Source: an uncultured Actinomycetota bacterium
GTDB lineage: Bacteria > Actinomycetota > UBA4738 > HRBIN12
Reading direction: 5' to 3'
Length of the DNA stretch: 64,000 bases
NCBI GenBank assembly: GCA_963750945.1
Contig: CAVVSH010000015.1
Span: 357,296 to 421,295 of the forward strand
Shown: positions 38,482 to 47,908 of the stretch, one piece after another
Numbering within the stretch: position 1 is the stretch's first letter
How the letters are laid out: each line of letters opens with the position of its first letter
Program-made: the position numbers and the translations under genes
The notes under the pieces: generated by a model
The model's database searches: none
What the model saw: only the letters and a program-made list of their open reading frames with translations
Told to the model about the DNA's origin: nothing

Positions 38482-38512
38482 GGTCTACGACCGTTCGCTG
38501 TGGTCTACGACC
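38465..38512. repeat. 20-bp tandem repeat (2.4 copies) at the convergent ispH/Lrp junction
   Basis: CTACGACCGTTCGCTGAGGT CTACGACCGTTCGCTGTGGT CTACGACC. Confidence 0.85.
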
Positions 38513-39056
38513 AGGAGCTGAACTGGTCCCGGTCCTCCTCGGGCTCCTCGTAGTCGACCGAGACGAGCGTGCTGGTCGAGCGAACCCCGGGAAGCGCGTG
38601 GATCTTGTCGAGCACGATGGCGGAGGCGACCTCCCAGGGCTCCGGGATGCAGGCCATCAGATCCCAGCGACCGCCCAACACCGCGGCGCCAGAGATCCCG
38701 CCGATCTCGGAGAGGCGCTCGTACAGACCGGCCGCCGCTCCGGCGTCGGCCTCGATGTGGACGTAGCACGCTCCCCGGATGATCTGTGGGGTCGGCAGGC
38801 CTCCGAAACCCACCACGCCGAGACGATCCGGCGGCACGACGGGCGCGGTGAGCGTTCGCTCTACACCCTCGATCGTCTGGAGCTCCGACAGCACGCCGGT
38901 CGCGACCGTCGCGAGGTCGGGTCCGTCGATCAGGCAGAGGACGTCCCAGTCCCCGATCACCACGACGGATCGGCGCGCCGTCGCGGTGGAGGTGAGCCGG
39001 TTCCGGACGGGTCCGATGCTGCCGGGGCGAACCCGCAGGTAGACGAATGCTTCCAT
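38505..39056 (-). CDS. Protein of two tandem Lrp/AsnC ligand-binding (RAM) domains, no HTH
   Basis: AFVYLRV...GDWDVL...TIEGVERTLT and CYVHIEA...GRWDLM...ALPGVRSTST. Confidence 0.8.
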   Translation of the reverse strand: MEAFVYLRVRPGSIGPVRNRLTSTATARRSVVVIGDWDVLCLIDGPDLATVATGVLSELQTIEGVERTLTAPVVPPDRLGVVGFGGLPTPQIIRGACYVHIEADAGAAAGLYERLSEIGGISGAAVLGGRWDLMACIPEPWEVASAIVLDKIHALPGVRSTSTLVSVDYEEPEEDRDQFSSWS

Positions 39057-39114
39057 GTGAGGAGGCTAGGCCAGCCCCCCAAACCGAACAAGCACCGAAC
39101 GAGGACCGGTCGCG

Positions 39115-40305
39115 TTACCCCTGTGCGGGGACGGGCGCCCGCGTGAGGGCGGCGAGCTCTTCTTCACCTTCCTCCGGGCCGACGGAGATCACGCGGTCGC
39201 CCTCTTGGAACGAGAATCCGGAGCGGGGACGATAGATCCAGCGCGAACCACGCTGGACCGCGAGCACGAACATGCCGGTCTCCGTCTCCACGCGGAGCTC
39301 CTTGAGCGAATGTCCCGCGGCCTGCGAGCCTCGCTCCACCACCACCTCCGAGCTCGTCTCCTCCGTCTCCTCGAGGGCGAGCTGGACGACGGGGTGGAGG
39401 GGCTCGCCTTGCTCCACGTACCAGGTCATGTCGCGGGCGGCGTCGCAGACGTACTCGGATGCCGCGCCCAGGCGAAGGAGGCCGCGCAAGGCGTCGGGAT
39501 CGCGAGCCTCGGGCGCCGCGCGAAGGACCCAGGATTCGAGCTCATCGTGCAGGATGTCGGAGCGTGCCTCGAGGGTGCCGACCTCGGCCGCCAGCGAGCG
39601 GTTGTTGAACAAGAGTGCGGAGTACGCTAGCCCCACGGCGGCCTCGGCGAGGTCCTTCAGCTCCACGAGGATGTCCACCGCCCGGTCCAGCTCCGAGAGG
39701 GGAGGCGACTCCTCGCCGGATGCCTCCGGGAGCGGCGGGGCACCCGCCAGCTCGCGGACGTGGTTCACGCCTTCTTCGGGTCCCCGGATCAGCAGCACAT
39801 CACCGGCGGAGAGCACGTCCTCGGCACCGGGATCGAACCGCCAGTCCATGCCGCTTCGGATCGCGACCACCCACATGCCCGATTCCGTCGGCAGCGACAG
39901 ATCGCGGAGCGTGCGGCCGGCAGCGGGCGCGTCGTCGCGGATCTTGATCCTCGCCGTCATCTCGTCCGCGTGGCGGAGGTCCTGGCGGAGCGCGTCCGGG
40001 ATCCCGAGTCGGGCTGCGACGACGCGGGCGATGTCGGAGGCCGCGTCACCCACGCGCTCGATCGCATGCGCGATCCACAGCACGCCGGCCATCCCTTCCG
40101 CGTCCTCGGGACTGCGGGCGGCGAGCATCGCCGTGATCCGGAGGCGATGGAGGTGCTCGCTCATCCGCTGCTCGAGCCGCTCGACCTCCTGCGCGAGCTT
40201 CTCTTCGTTGAAGAAGACGGCCGCATACGCTAGGTCGACCATGAGCTCCGAGGCGTCTTTCAGCTCGACGAGGAGGTCCTTGACGTTGCGAGGTTGGTCA
40301 TCCAT
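39115..40305 (-). CDS. Duplicated PhoU-like plus TrkA-C (RCK_C) protein
   Basis: LVELKDASELMVDLAYAAV...ERVGDAA, GMWVVAIRSG...GDVLLIRG. The unit repeats as LVELKDLAEAAVGLAYSAL...GMFVLAVQRG...GDRVISVG. Confidence 0.85.
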   Translation of the reverse strand: MDDQPRNVKDLLVELKDASELMVDLAYAAVFFNEEKLAQEVERLEQRMSEHLHRLRITAMLAARSPEDAEGMAGVLWIAHAIERVGDAASDIARVVAARLGIPDALRQDLRHADEMTARIKIRDDAPAAGRTLRDLSLPTESGMWVVAIRSGMDWRFDPGAEDVLSAGDVLLIRGPEEGVNHVRELAGAPPLPEASGEESPPLSELDRAVDILVELKDLAEAAVGLAYSALLFNNRSLAAEVGTLEARSDILHDELESWVLRAAPEARDPDALRGLLRLGAASEYVCDAARDMTWYVEQGEPLHPVVQLALEETEETSSEVVVERGSQAAGHSLKELRVETETGMFVLAVQRGSRWIYRPRSGFSFQEGDRVISVGPEEGEEELAALTRAPVPAQG

Positions 40306-41561
40306 CACGGAAGTACCCCAGATGTTCTCATGACGAGCAGGATGGCCGCTACGCCCGCGAGGTCCAGGAGCGACGTGATGAAGGGAACGCCCTGGTTGTC
40401 GGGGTCGATCCCGAACCGTGCGGTGAGCACGGCGACGTAATAGCCCACGACGAGCGTGATCGGAAGGACGAGCGCGCCCGCGAGCAGCGTGGCGCCGATC
40501 AGCGGGAGGGGAGCGGGATCCGGGCCCCCGGTGAGCGCCGACAACGCCCATGACACGGCGCCGATCGCCGTGAACACCACCGCTCCGAGGACGACCACGA
40601 TGCCCCCGTCGACGACAGCGGGGATCTCCGGACGACCCGACGGTGTGATCACGCCGAGCTGCAACTTCGACGACAGGCGGGAGGAGAGGATCCCTCCTAG
40701 CGCGCCCGCCTGCGACACGAACGGGGGGATCAGGATCAAGACGGCGGGCACGGCCTGGAGCTCGCCGCTATGGGCCTGCAGCAAGGCTCCCGCGAAGATG
40801 TCAAGCAGCGGCGAGAGCGCGACCACCGCGACCATCTCGAGGAGGATCCGCCGGACCTGCGCTTCCACCCGGAACGCCACCAGCAGCGCGGCCAACGTCG
40901 CGCCGGTGCACAGCGCGGCCACGATCGCATTGAGGGTGTCGTTCCCGACGAGGAGGGTCGCCAGGAACAGGGTCGGGAGCGTCACCATGTCCCCGATGGC
41001 GGTCACCATCGGCGTCGAAACCGCGTCGAGGTCCCAACCCTTGCTGAACCCGATCACCGCGATGCTGACCGTGAACCCAAGCGCGATCATCGACGCGAGC
41101 ACCCCACCCACGACCGAGATCGTGACGAGGTCCCAGAAGGAGATCACCGCCTCGCTCGCGAAGGCGGACGCGACCAGTTTGGCGACGGCGGCGAGGTAGA
41201 ACGAGGAGAGCAACGTCGAGAGGATCCCCACCGCGACGTTCCGGGACAGGAGGCTGCCGCGCCGAAGGGTGGGCTCGAAGATACCGGCGGCGACGCCGGT
41301 ACCGAAGCGGGCGCCCATCGCCCCGAAGATCGTGCCTCGCATGCCCACCGACGCGGGGATCAGCACGAGGAGCCCGGGGAGCTTCTCGAGGGTGCCGGTG
41401 ATCGAACCGAGGACAAGCCCGGCCACGAAGCCGGCGCAGGTGCTCAGGACGAGGGCGACGGCTCCCTGCCGGAGGGTGCGGCGTTCGGAACGCCAGTAGC
41501 CGAACAGTCGACGGGCGCGGCGCGCGAGGCGGGCGGGCGCGGCGCTGAGGCGCTCAGCCAT
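40305..41561 (-). CDS. Duplicated MgtE/SLC41 membrane-domain cation transporter
   Basis: Two homologous halves ending GWDLDAVSTPMVTAIGD and GIDPDNQGVPFITSLLD; its stop overlaps the partner start (TGATG). Confidence 0.85.
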   Translation of the reverse strand: MAERLSAAPARLARRARRLFGYWRSERRTLRQGAVALVLSTCAGFVAGLVLGSITGTLEKLPGLLVLIPASVGMRGTIFGAMGARFGTGVAAGIFEPTLRRGSLLSRNVAVGILSTLLSSFYLAAVAKLVASAFASEAVISFWDLVTISVVGGVLASMIALGFTVSIAVIGFSKGWDLDAVSTPMVTAIGDMVTLPTLFLATLLVGNDTLNAIVAALCTGATLAALLVAFRVEAQVRRILLEMVAVVALSPLLDIFAGALLQAHSGELQAVPAVLILIPPFVSQAGALGGILSSRLSSKLQLGVITPSGRPEIPAVVDGGIVVVLGAVVFTAIGAVSWALSALTGGPDPAPLPLIGATLLAGALVLPITLVVGYYVAVLTARFGIDPDNQGVPFITSLLDLAGVAAILLVMRTSGVLP

Positions 41562-41760
41562 CGCAGCTCACCCCGGAGGGTTCGGTCAGGCGCCCGCCCG
41601 CCTCGCGCGCACACGAAGGTCGCCCGGCGCACCGGGTTCGGAGGAGCTCGTCGGTCGCACGGCTCCGCGGGGACATAAGGGCACCGTCATCGTCGTGTCG
41701 CTGCTGGAGAAGTTCCGTCGCCGGGACGCGTCGGCGCCCCGCGCAGTATAGGCCCGAGGT

Positions 41761-42744
41761 TCAGGGGGTCTCGTCAGCGACCCAGTCGCGCGTCACGTAC
41801 AACCAGAACGCGAGGCCGGCGTACTCACCGTAGGGACGGAATCGGCGCTCGATCTGCCGATCGGGCACCGGCCGTGTCCTTCCCACCGATCGCGTGTACT
41901 TCGGCCTGGTCCAGGAATCGAGGATCAACCGGGAGTACCGTCCGAGCATCATCATGATGTGGGCCGCCGCGTACGGCCCAACGCCGGGAAGGGCGAGGAG
42001 CGCGGCCTCGAGCTCGGCATCGGGGAGCGCCGCGGGTGTCGCCGTCGCGAACGCCTCGAGATCGAGCTCGCCGTCGGCGACGGTCCTCGCGAGCCGTCTG
42101 AGGTAGGCCCCGCGATACCCGGCCCTGACCACATCTCGATAGAAGGACTCGGGAGCGGTGGCCATAGCCGCGGGCGTCGGGAACGCGTTCGAGAGCGGCC
42201 CGTCGCCCCCGAGCGCCGGGTCGCCGAGATGCGTCACGAGGGCGTCCACCATCCGAACCGTCGCGCTCCACGCGCAATTCGTCGTGCACACCGTCTTCAC
42301 GACGTCCTCGAACACCGTGGGGGAGCGGAGCATCCGGCCGGCGCCGCGAGCCGCCCAGGCCAGATCGGGGTCCTTCGCCGCTCGGATGTAGAACAGCGAC
42401 AGATCCTGATCGAGCCGCAAGACGTGCGCCGTGCCCTCGAGAACGGCGCGGAGCACCTTCGGACCGGGTCGCGGGCCGAGCACGTCGACGCGGGCGTGAG
42501 GTATCCGGGCCCGGCTTCCCCGCGCTCGTGCGTGCGCGCCCTCGGACACACGCACCCGTCGCGGTCGGCCACCGGGAACGCGAACGGTGAAGCCGAGCGA
42601 TCGCTTCTCCTCGTCCAGGACGGTGGGCGAGAGCCCGGCGAAACCATGGGAGATCAGTGTTCGCCACAGATCGACCTGTTCGCCGCCGGGAGCGCGCAGC
42701 TCCAGCGCGAGCGTCGTCGCTGTTCTCGTTGGCTGGCTCGTCAT
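41761..42744 (-). CDS. HhH-GPD DNA glycosylase (AlkA/Ogg-like)
   Basis: RMLRSPTVFEDVVKTVCTTN, FPTPAA, GYRGAYL, LLALPGVGPYAA. Confidence 0.85.
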   Translation of the reverse strand: MTSQPTRTATTLALELRAPGGEQVDLWRTLISHGFAGLSPTVLDEEKRSLGFTVRVPGGRPRRVRVSEGAHARARGSRARIPHARVDVLGPRPGPKVLRAVLEGTAHVLRLDQDLSLFYIRAAKDPDLAWAARGAGRMLRSPTVFEDVVKTVCTTNCAWSATVRMVDALVTHLGDPALGGDGPLSNAFPTPAAMATAPESFYRDVVRAGYRGAYLRRLARTVADGELDLEAFATATPAALPDAELEAALLALPGVGPYAAAHIMMMLGRYSRLILDSWTRPKYTRSVGRTRPVPDRQIERRFRPYGEYAGLAFWLYVTRDWVADETP

Positions 42745-43337
42745 CTGGCCGCCTGCCGTTCGCGGAACGCCCGCACCTTGGCTCTGTTCCCGCACGAAGC
42801 CATCGAGCACCACTTGCCGCTCTGATTCTTCGACTGGTCGAAGAACACCGAGGTGCATCCCGGGTCGTGGCAGATCCGGAACCGTTCCCAACGCCCGTCG
42901 AGCTCGGCGAGGAACGCCGCTCCCAGGATGCGGCCGATCGCACCGCGGACACCGGTGGCATCGACGTGGATCGGGCTGTCGTCGCTGCAGCCGAAACAGA
43001 CCCGCAGGCCGATCTGCTCGCCGGCGCGGTTGAGGAACTCGATCGCGGCCGGGTCGGTCGGCTCGCCCATGTTCTCGCGCACCTTGGAGGTGAGGGCGTC
43101 TCGGACCCGTAGCGCCCACGCCAGGTCCTGATCCTTGATCGTGTCCTTCTCCTCGACCAGGGCTCTGGAGGTCAGCCACCATCGCAAGCTCTCGTGGGTC
43201 GGAGGCAGTCCGTCGGGGTTCCCCCTCTCATGGTCGTGCAAGGACAGGAATGCCCGCACGATCTCGAGATCACCGGGAGCCGGAGGCGTGCCGTCCTCCG
43301 CGTGGACCGGCTGCGGAACGAGCCGTTCGCTCACCAT
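42741..43337 (-). CDS. ABATE/CGNR zinc-finger protein
   Basis: RFRICHDPGCTSVFFDQSKNQSGKWCSMASCGNRAKVRAFRER. Confidence 0.93.
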   Translation of the reverse strand: MVSERLVPQPVHAEDGTPPAPGDLEIVRAFLSLHDHERGNPDGLPPTHESLRWWLTSRALVEEKDTIKDQDLAWALRVRDALTSKVRENMGEPTDPAAIEFLNRAGEQIGLRVCFGCSDDSPIHVDATGVRGAIGRILGAAFLAELDGRWERFRICHDPGCTSVFFDQSKNQSGKWCSMASCGNRAKVRAFRERQAAR

Positions 43338-43468
43338 CGGGCATGCCACCTTTCGGAAACCAGCGAATGAAGGTTGCAGGTTACCGCGAAACCACCCTTC
43401 GTGTCATAGCCGGTTACGCGCGCGGGCCCTCGCCCGGAGGCTCGGGTCCGCGCGCCTAGACTCGGCGC

Positions 43469-43759
43469 GTGCTGGCGTTCACCGAATGGGCGATCGAGAT
43501 CTTGTCCCGGGCCGACGCAGCCGCCCGTCGTTTCAACCCCGACGTGCGTGTGCGGATCGTCCGTGAGGCCGGCGGGGGCGTTCGCTTCGAGCTCACGGAC
43601 GAAGCGGATCCCACCGATCGCGTCGTGGAGCACGAGTCCGGCTTCACCTTGTTCGTGCCGGAGGGACTGGAAGGCACCGTGGACGTCGTCGAGCCCCACG
43701 ACCAGTTGATCCTCAGGCTGCCGGGAGACCCGGAACGGAGTTCGCGCACGACGCCCTGA
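43469..43759 (+). CDS. HesB/IscA-like small protein lacking cysteines
   Basis: MLAFTEWA...VRVRIV...GGGVRFEL...DRVVEHESGFTLFV; no Cys; TAGACT -10 lies 6 nt before the GTG. Confidence 0.55.
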   Translation: MLAFTEWAIEILSRADAAARRFNPDVRVRIVREAGGGVRFELTDEADPTDRVVEHESGFTLFVPEGLEGTVDVVEPHDQLILRLPGDPERSSRTTP

Positions 43760-43799
43760 CCTGCGAGGGAGTCAACGTGCGGCCGATACACTTGCCTCC

Positions 43800-44660
43800 A
43801 TGACGGACGCGGGTGCCCTTCGGGCCGTGGGTGGAGCGGGGCCCGTGATGGTGATCGGAGGGGCGGAGGACCGCTTCCGCGACAAGGTGATCCTCGGGAC
43901 GTTCGCGGAGCTGGCGGGCGGGAAGGACGGCCACGTCGTCGTGATCTCCACCGCTTCCTCGCTGGGAGAAGCCGCGATCGATGCCTACCGGGAGCTGTTC
44001 CTCGGCCTCGGGATCGGACGCGTGAGCGGTATCCGTCCCGAGGAGCGAGCAGAAGCCGACGACCCCGCGGCCGTCCAGCTCCTCTCCGAGTCAACGGGCG
44101 TGTTCCTCACCGGCGGGAACCAGTCCAGGTTGACGCAGGTGGTGGCGGGGACGCGCCTGGGCGACGCGATCTCGAACGCGCACGATCGCGGGGTCGCCCT
44201 CGCCGGGACGAGTGCCGGGGCGTCCGCCCTCGCATCGCACATGGTTGCCTTCGGCCGCGAGGGTCCCACCCCGAAGCATCGGATGGTGCATCTGGCCGCG
44301 GGGCTGGGGATCGTCCAGGGAGTCGTGATCGACCAGCACTTCGAGCAGCGAGGTCGGATCGGCCGGCTGCTCGCCCTCGTCGCGCAATCGCCGTCGCTCC
44401 TCGGCATCGGGATCGACGAGGACACCTGCGCGGTGGTGAACGGCGCACGAGAGCTGTACGTGATCGGCCGCGGCGCGGTCACCCTCGTCGACGGCTCGCA
44501 CGTGAAGACCGACGCCTATCGCGGCAAGGGCTATCGTCCGGTCATGGTGAGCGGCGCCATCCTGCACTCCCTGCCCTCGGGGTACCGGTTCGACCTGCGC
44601 GGTCGCGCGCTCATCACGGGTCCGGACGCCGCCCTCGAGGACGGGGAGGCGTCCACGTGA
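43800..44660 (+). CDS. cphB: Cyanophycinase (intracellular)
   Basis: IGGAEDR, FLTGGNQSRL, GTSAGA (Ser), IDQHF (His), GIDEDT (Glu); no signal peptide. Confidence 0.95.
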   Translation: MTDAGALRAVGGAGPVMVIGGAEDRFRDKVILGTFAELAGGKDGHVVVISTASSLGEAAIDAYRELFLGLGIGRVSGIRPEERAEADDPAAVQLLSESTGVFLTGGNQSRLTQVVAGTRLGDAISNAHDRGVALAGTSAGASALASHMVAFGREGPTPKHRMVHLAAGLGIVQGVVIDQHFEQRGRIGRLLALVAQSPSLLGIGIDEDTCAVVNGARELYVIGRGAVTLVDGSHVKTDAYRGKGYRPVMVSGAILHSLPSGYRFDLRGRALITGPDAALEDGEAST

Positions 44661-47542
44661 CGAAGGCGGCCCCGAAGCAGCAACGCAGCTCCACGACGGG
44701 AACCCGCGCCACCCGCCAGGCGGTGAAGCGCCGACCGGCGTCCGCGAAGGCGGGCAAGCCCAAACCGGACCTGGCGATCGTGCAGACGCAGGTCTTCCGA
44801 GGACCCAACTACTGGTCGTACGAGCCGTGCATCCGGATGCTGGTCGACCTCGGGTCGCTCGAGGAATGGCCCTCCAACCAGATCCCGGGCTTCAACGAAG
44901 GTCTCCTCGCGCTGCTTCCCGGCGTCGCCGAGCACTCCTGTTCGCTCGGTCGCCGCGGGGGCTTCGGGGAGCGCCTCGTCGACGGAACCTGGCTGGGGCA
45001 CGTCGCCGAGCACGTGGCGCTCGAACTCCAACGGGAAACCGGCGCGCACATCTCGCGGGGCAAGACGCGGAGCGCAGGAGAGACCGGCCAGTACAACGTG
45101 ATCTACGGGTACTGGGAGGAGACCGTCGGCGTCGAGGCAGGCAAGCTGGCCGTCCGCCTGGTCAACCACCTGATCAAGCCGGGGAAGGAGTTCGACTTCC
45201 TCGAGGAGCTCGAACGTCTGATCAAGCTCGCCGAGCGCCGGGCGTTCGGTCCGTCGACGCAGGCGATCATCGACGAGGCGGCGTCGCGCGACATCCCCTG
45301 GATGCGCCTCAACGAGGCCTCGCTGATCCAGCTCGGCCAGGGCAAGTATCAGGAACGGATCCGCGCGACGATGACCTCGATGACATCGGCCCTCGCGGTC
45401 GACATCGCGTCGGACAAGAAGATGACGAACCGGCTGCTCGCCGCCGCGGGGTTGCCGGTGCCGCGGAGCGAGGTCGTGCGGACCGCCGACGAAGCGGTCG
45501 CGGCGGCGGAACGGATCGGCTACCCGGTCGTCATCAAGCCCCTGGACGGCAACCACGGGCGCGGGGTCGGCCTGAACCTGACGAAGGGCAGGGCCGTCCG
45601 GGTCGCGTTCGAGCGAGCGCTGAAGGAGTCCCGGGACGGGCGCGTCGTCGTGGAGACGTTCGTGAAGGGGAACGACTACCGGGTGCTCGTGATCGGCGGA
45701 CGGATGGCGGCGATCGCCGAGCGCCAGCCCGCGCACGTGATCGGCGACGGCGAACACACCGTGCGCGAGCTCGTCGAGATCACGAACCTGGACCCTCGCC
45801 GGGGGATCGGTCACGAGAAGGTGCTCACGAGGATCACGATCGACGCGAACGCGGGGCAACTGGTGCGTGCGCAGGGGTTCGGTTTCGACGACGTGCTGCC
45901 GGAGGGCGAGCGGATCCTGCTGGTATCGACCGGGAACATGTCCACCGGTGGCATCTCCATCGATCGCACGTGGGAGGCTCACGAGGACAACGTCGAGATC
46001 GCCGAGGAGGCCGCGAGGGTCGTCGGGCTCGACGTCGCGGGGATCGACTTCCTGGCGCCGGACATCACCCTGCCCGTCCGCGAAACGGGCGGCGCGATCG
46101 TGGAGGTGAACGCCGCACCGGGTTTCCGGATGCACACGCATCCCACCGAGGGGGAGCCGCAGTACGTCGCGAAACCCGTGATCGATTCCCTGTTCCCGCA
46201 GGGCACGCCGTCGCGGATCCCGATCGTCGCCGTCACCGGCTCCAACGGCAAGACCACGACCACCCGCATGATCGCCCACATCTTCCGAGGGCTCGGCAAG
46301 AAGATCGGCATGACCTCGACGGACGGGGTGTACATCGATGAGCGGCTCGTGAAGCGCGTCGATGCCTCCGGTCCGAAATCGGCCCAGATGGTGCTCCAGA
46401 ACCCCAGGGTCGATATGGCCATCTTCGAGGTCGCGCGTGGCGGCATCCTCCGAGAGGGCCTCGGGTACGGCCGCAACGACGTGGGCGTCGTGCTGAACGT
46501 GACGGGCGATCACCTCGGACTCCGAGAGGTGGACACCTTGGAGCAACTCGCCGCCGTGAAGCAGGTGGTCGTGGAAGCCGTCCCGAAGACGGGATGGGCG
46601 GTCCTGAACGCCGACGACCCGCTGGTGCTGGAGATGCGCCGGCACACCGGCGGCCAGGTGATCTTGTTCTCGATGAAGGAGAAGCACGAGTTCGTGGACC
46701 GATGGATCCGTCGGGGTCGGAAGGCCATCGTGCTGGAGCACGGTCCGCTCGGCGAGCTGATGGTGCTCAAGGAGGGAAGGCGATCCTCGCCTATCGCCTA
46801 CGTGCACATGTTGCCGGCGACCTTCGACGGCAGGGCGCGGATGATGGTGCAGAATGCGATGGCGGCGGCCGCAGCCGCGCACGCCGCGGGTGCTCATCTG
46901 CACGACATCCGGCAGGGCCTGCGTTCGTTCACGACCTCGATCTACCAGGCACCCGGTCGTCTGAACGTGTTCGAGATGGACGGCGTCAAGGTGATCCTCG
47001 ACTACGCCCACAACGCGGCCGGGCTCGAGACGCTGGGGGACTTCGTCGATCGCCTTGCGTCCGACAGCGCGCGCTCCGAGCGGCCGGGGGAGGCGTCGCG
47101 CGATGCCAACCTCGTCGTCGGCGTCGTCGCGACCGCGGGGGACCGGCGTGACGAGGACATGCGGCAGCTGGGCAGGGTCGCCGCTCGCCACTTCGACATC
47201 GTGATCGTCAGAGAGGACCGCAACCCACGCGGACGCAAGCCGGGAGAGACGGCGGAGCTCGTCGTGGAAGGGGTACGGGAAGCGATCAACGAGGGGAACG
47301 CACGAGCCGGCACCGTGGAGATCGTGCTCGACGAGATGGACGCCGCCCGCAAGGCACTCGACCGTGCGCGGCCTGGCGACGTGGTCGTCCTGTGCGTCGA
47401 CTACGCCACGGAGGTCTACAAGGAGCTCGAGAAGCGACGGGGAAGCGCCACGCCGTCGGCGATGGGTGCCGCCGAGAGCGGCATGATCGAAGCCCAGGGC
47501 GGCGACACCGACCTGATCGATCTCTCAGGCATCACGCGTTAG
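44657..47542 (+). CDS. cphA: Cyanophycin synthetase CphA1 (N, ATP-grasp and Mur domains)
   Basis: RGPNYW, EHSCSLGRRGGF, GHVAEHVALELQ, FGPSTQAI, VIKPLDGNHGRGV, EVNAAPGFRMH, VTGSNGKTTT, EVARGGILREG, DYAHN. Confidence 0.96.
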   Translation: MTKAAPKQQRSSTTGTRATRQAVKRRPASAKAGKPKPDLAIVQTQVFRGPNYWSYEPCIRMLVDLGSLEEWPSNQIPGFNEGLLALLPGVAEHSCSLGRRGGFGERLVDGTWLGHVAEHVALELQRETGAHISRGKTRSAGETGQYNVIYGYWEETVGVEAGKLAVRLVNHLIKPGKEFDFLEELERLIKLAERRAFGPSTQAIIDEAASRDIPWMRLNEASLIQLGQGKYQERIRATMTSMTSALAVDIASDKKMTNRLLAAAGLPVPRSEVVRTADEAVAAAERIGYPVVIKPLDGNHGRGVGLNLTKGRAVRVAFERALKESRDGRVVVETFVKGNDYRVLVIGGRMAAIAERQPAHVIGDGEHTVRELVEITNLDPRRGIGHEKVLTRITIDANAGQLVRAQGFGFDDVLPEGERILLVSTGNMSTGGISIDRTWEAHEDNVEIAEEAARVVGLDVAGIDFLAPDITLPVRETGGAIVEVNAAPGFRMHTHPTEGEPQYVAKPVIDSLFPQGTPSRIPIVAVTGSNGKTTTTRMIAHIFRGLGKKIGMTSTDGVYIDERLVKRVDASGPKSAQMVLQNPRVDMAIFEVARGGILREGLGYGRNDVGVVLNVTGDHLGLREVDTLEQLAAVKQVVVEAVPKTGWAVLNADDPLVLEMRRHTGGQVILFSMKEKHEFVDRWIRRGRKAIVLEHGPLGELMVLKEGRRSSPIAYVHMLPATFDGRARMMVQNAMAAAAAAHAAGAHLHDIRQGLRSFTTSIYQAPGRLNVFEMDGVKVILDYAHNAAGLETLGDFVDRLASDSARSERPGEASRDANLVVGVVATAGDRRDEDMRQLGRVAARHFDIVIVREDRNPRGRKPGETAELVVEGVREAINEGNARAGTVEIVLDEMDAARKALDRARPGDVVVLCVDYATEVYKELEKRRGSATPSAMGAAESGMIEAQGGDTDLIDLSGITR

Positions 47543-47545
47543 CTC

Positions 47546-47884
47546 GTGGACACCCGCGCGGTCGCCGAGGAGCTCCGTGTTCGCCGTGATCAGTTGATGG
47601 CCGAGTTGGATGTCGTCACGGTCGTGGAGCGTGACCCCGATGCGTCGGTGTCGTTCGGGAAGCGCGTCGGCGACGGGACCACCGCGGCCGTCGAACGCCT
47701 GAACCTCGTCGGGACCGCGCGGGAGCTCGAAGCCATGCTCCACGACGTCGATCGCGCGCTCCAGAAGCTCGAGGATGGGACGTACGGGATCTGCGACCGC
47801 TGCGGGAAGCTCATCTCGGAGGCTCGCCTCGAGGCGCGGCCGTGGTCGGTCCTGTGCATCGACTGCGCGGCGCTCCCGCGCTGA
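47546..47884 (+). CDS. TraR/DksA C4-type zinc-finger protein
   Basis: ALQKLEDGTYGICDRCGKLISEARLEARPWSVLCIDC; no clear DxxDxA tip. Confidence 0.88.
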   Translation: MDTRAVAEELRVRRDQLMAELDVVTVVERDPDASVSFGKRVGDGTTAAVERLNLVGTARELEAMLHDVDRALQKLEDGTYGICDRCGKLISEARLEARPWSVLCIDCAALPR

Positions 47885-47908
47885 GCCGGCGTTCGTAGGA
47901 TGGTTCCC

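Noticed and set aside
38465-38512. Possible mini-CRISPR
   Set aside because: Contiguous tandem units with no spacers, and no cas genes in the window.
41562-41760. M-box or yybP-ykoY riboswitch upstream of the MgtE-like gene
   Set aside because: No recognisable conserved aptamer motifs by eye; an Infernal scan would be needed.
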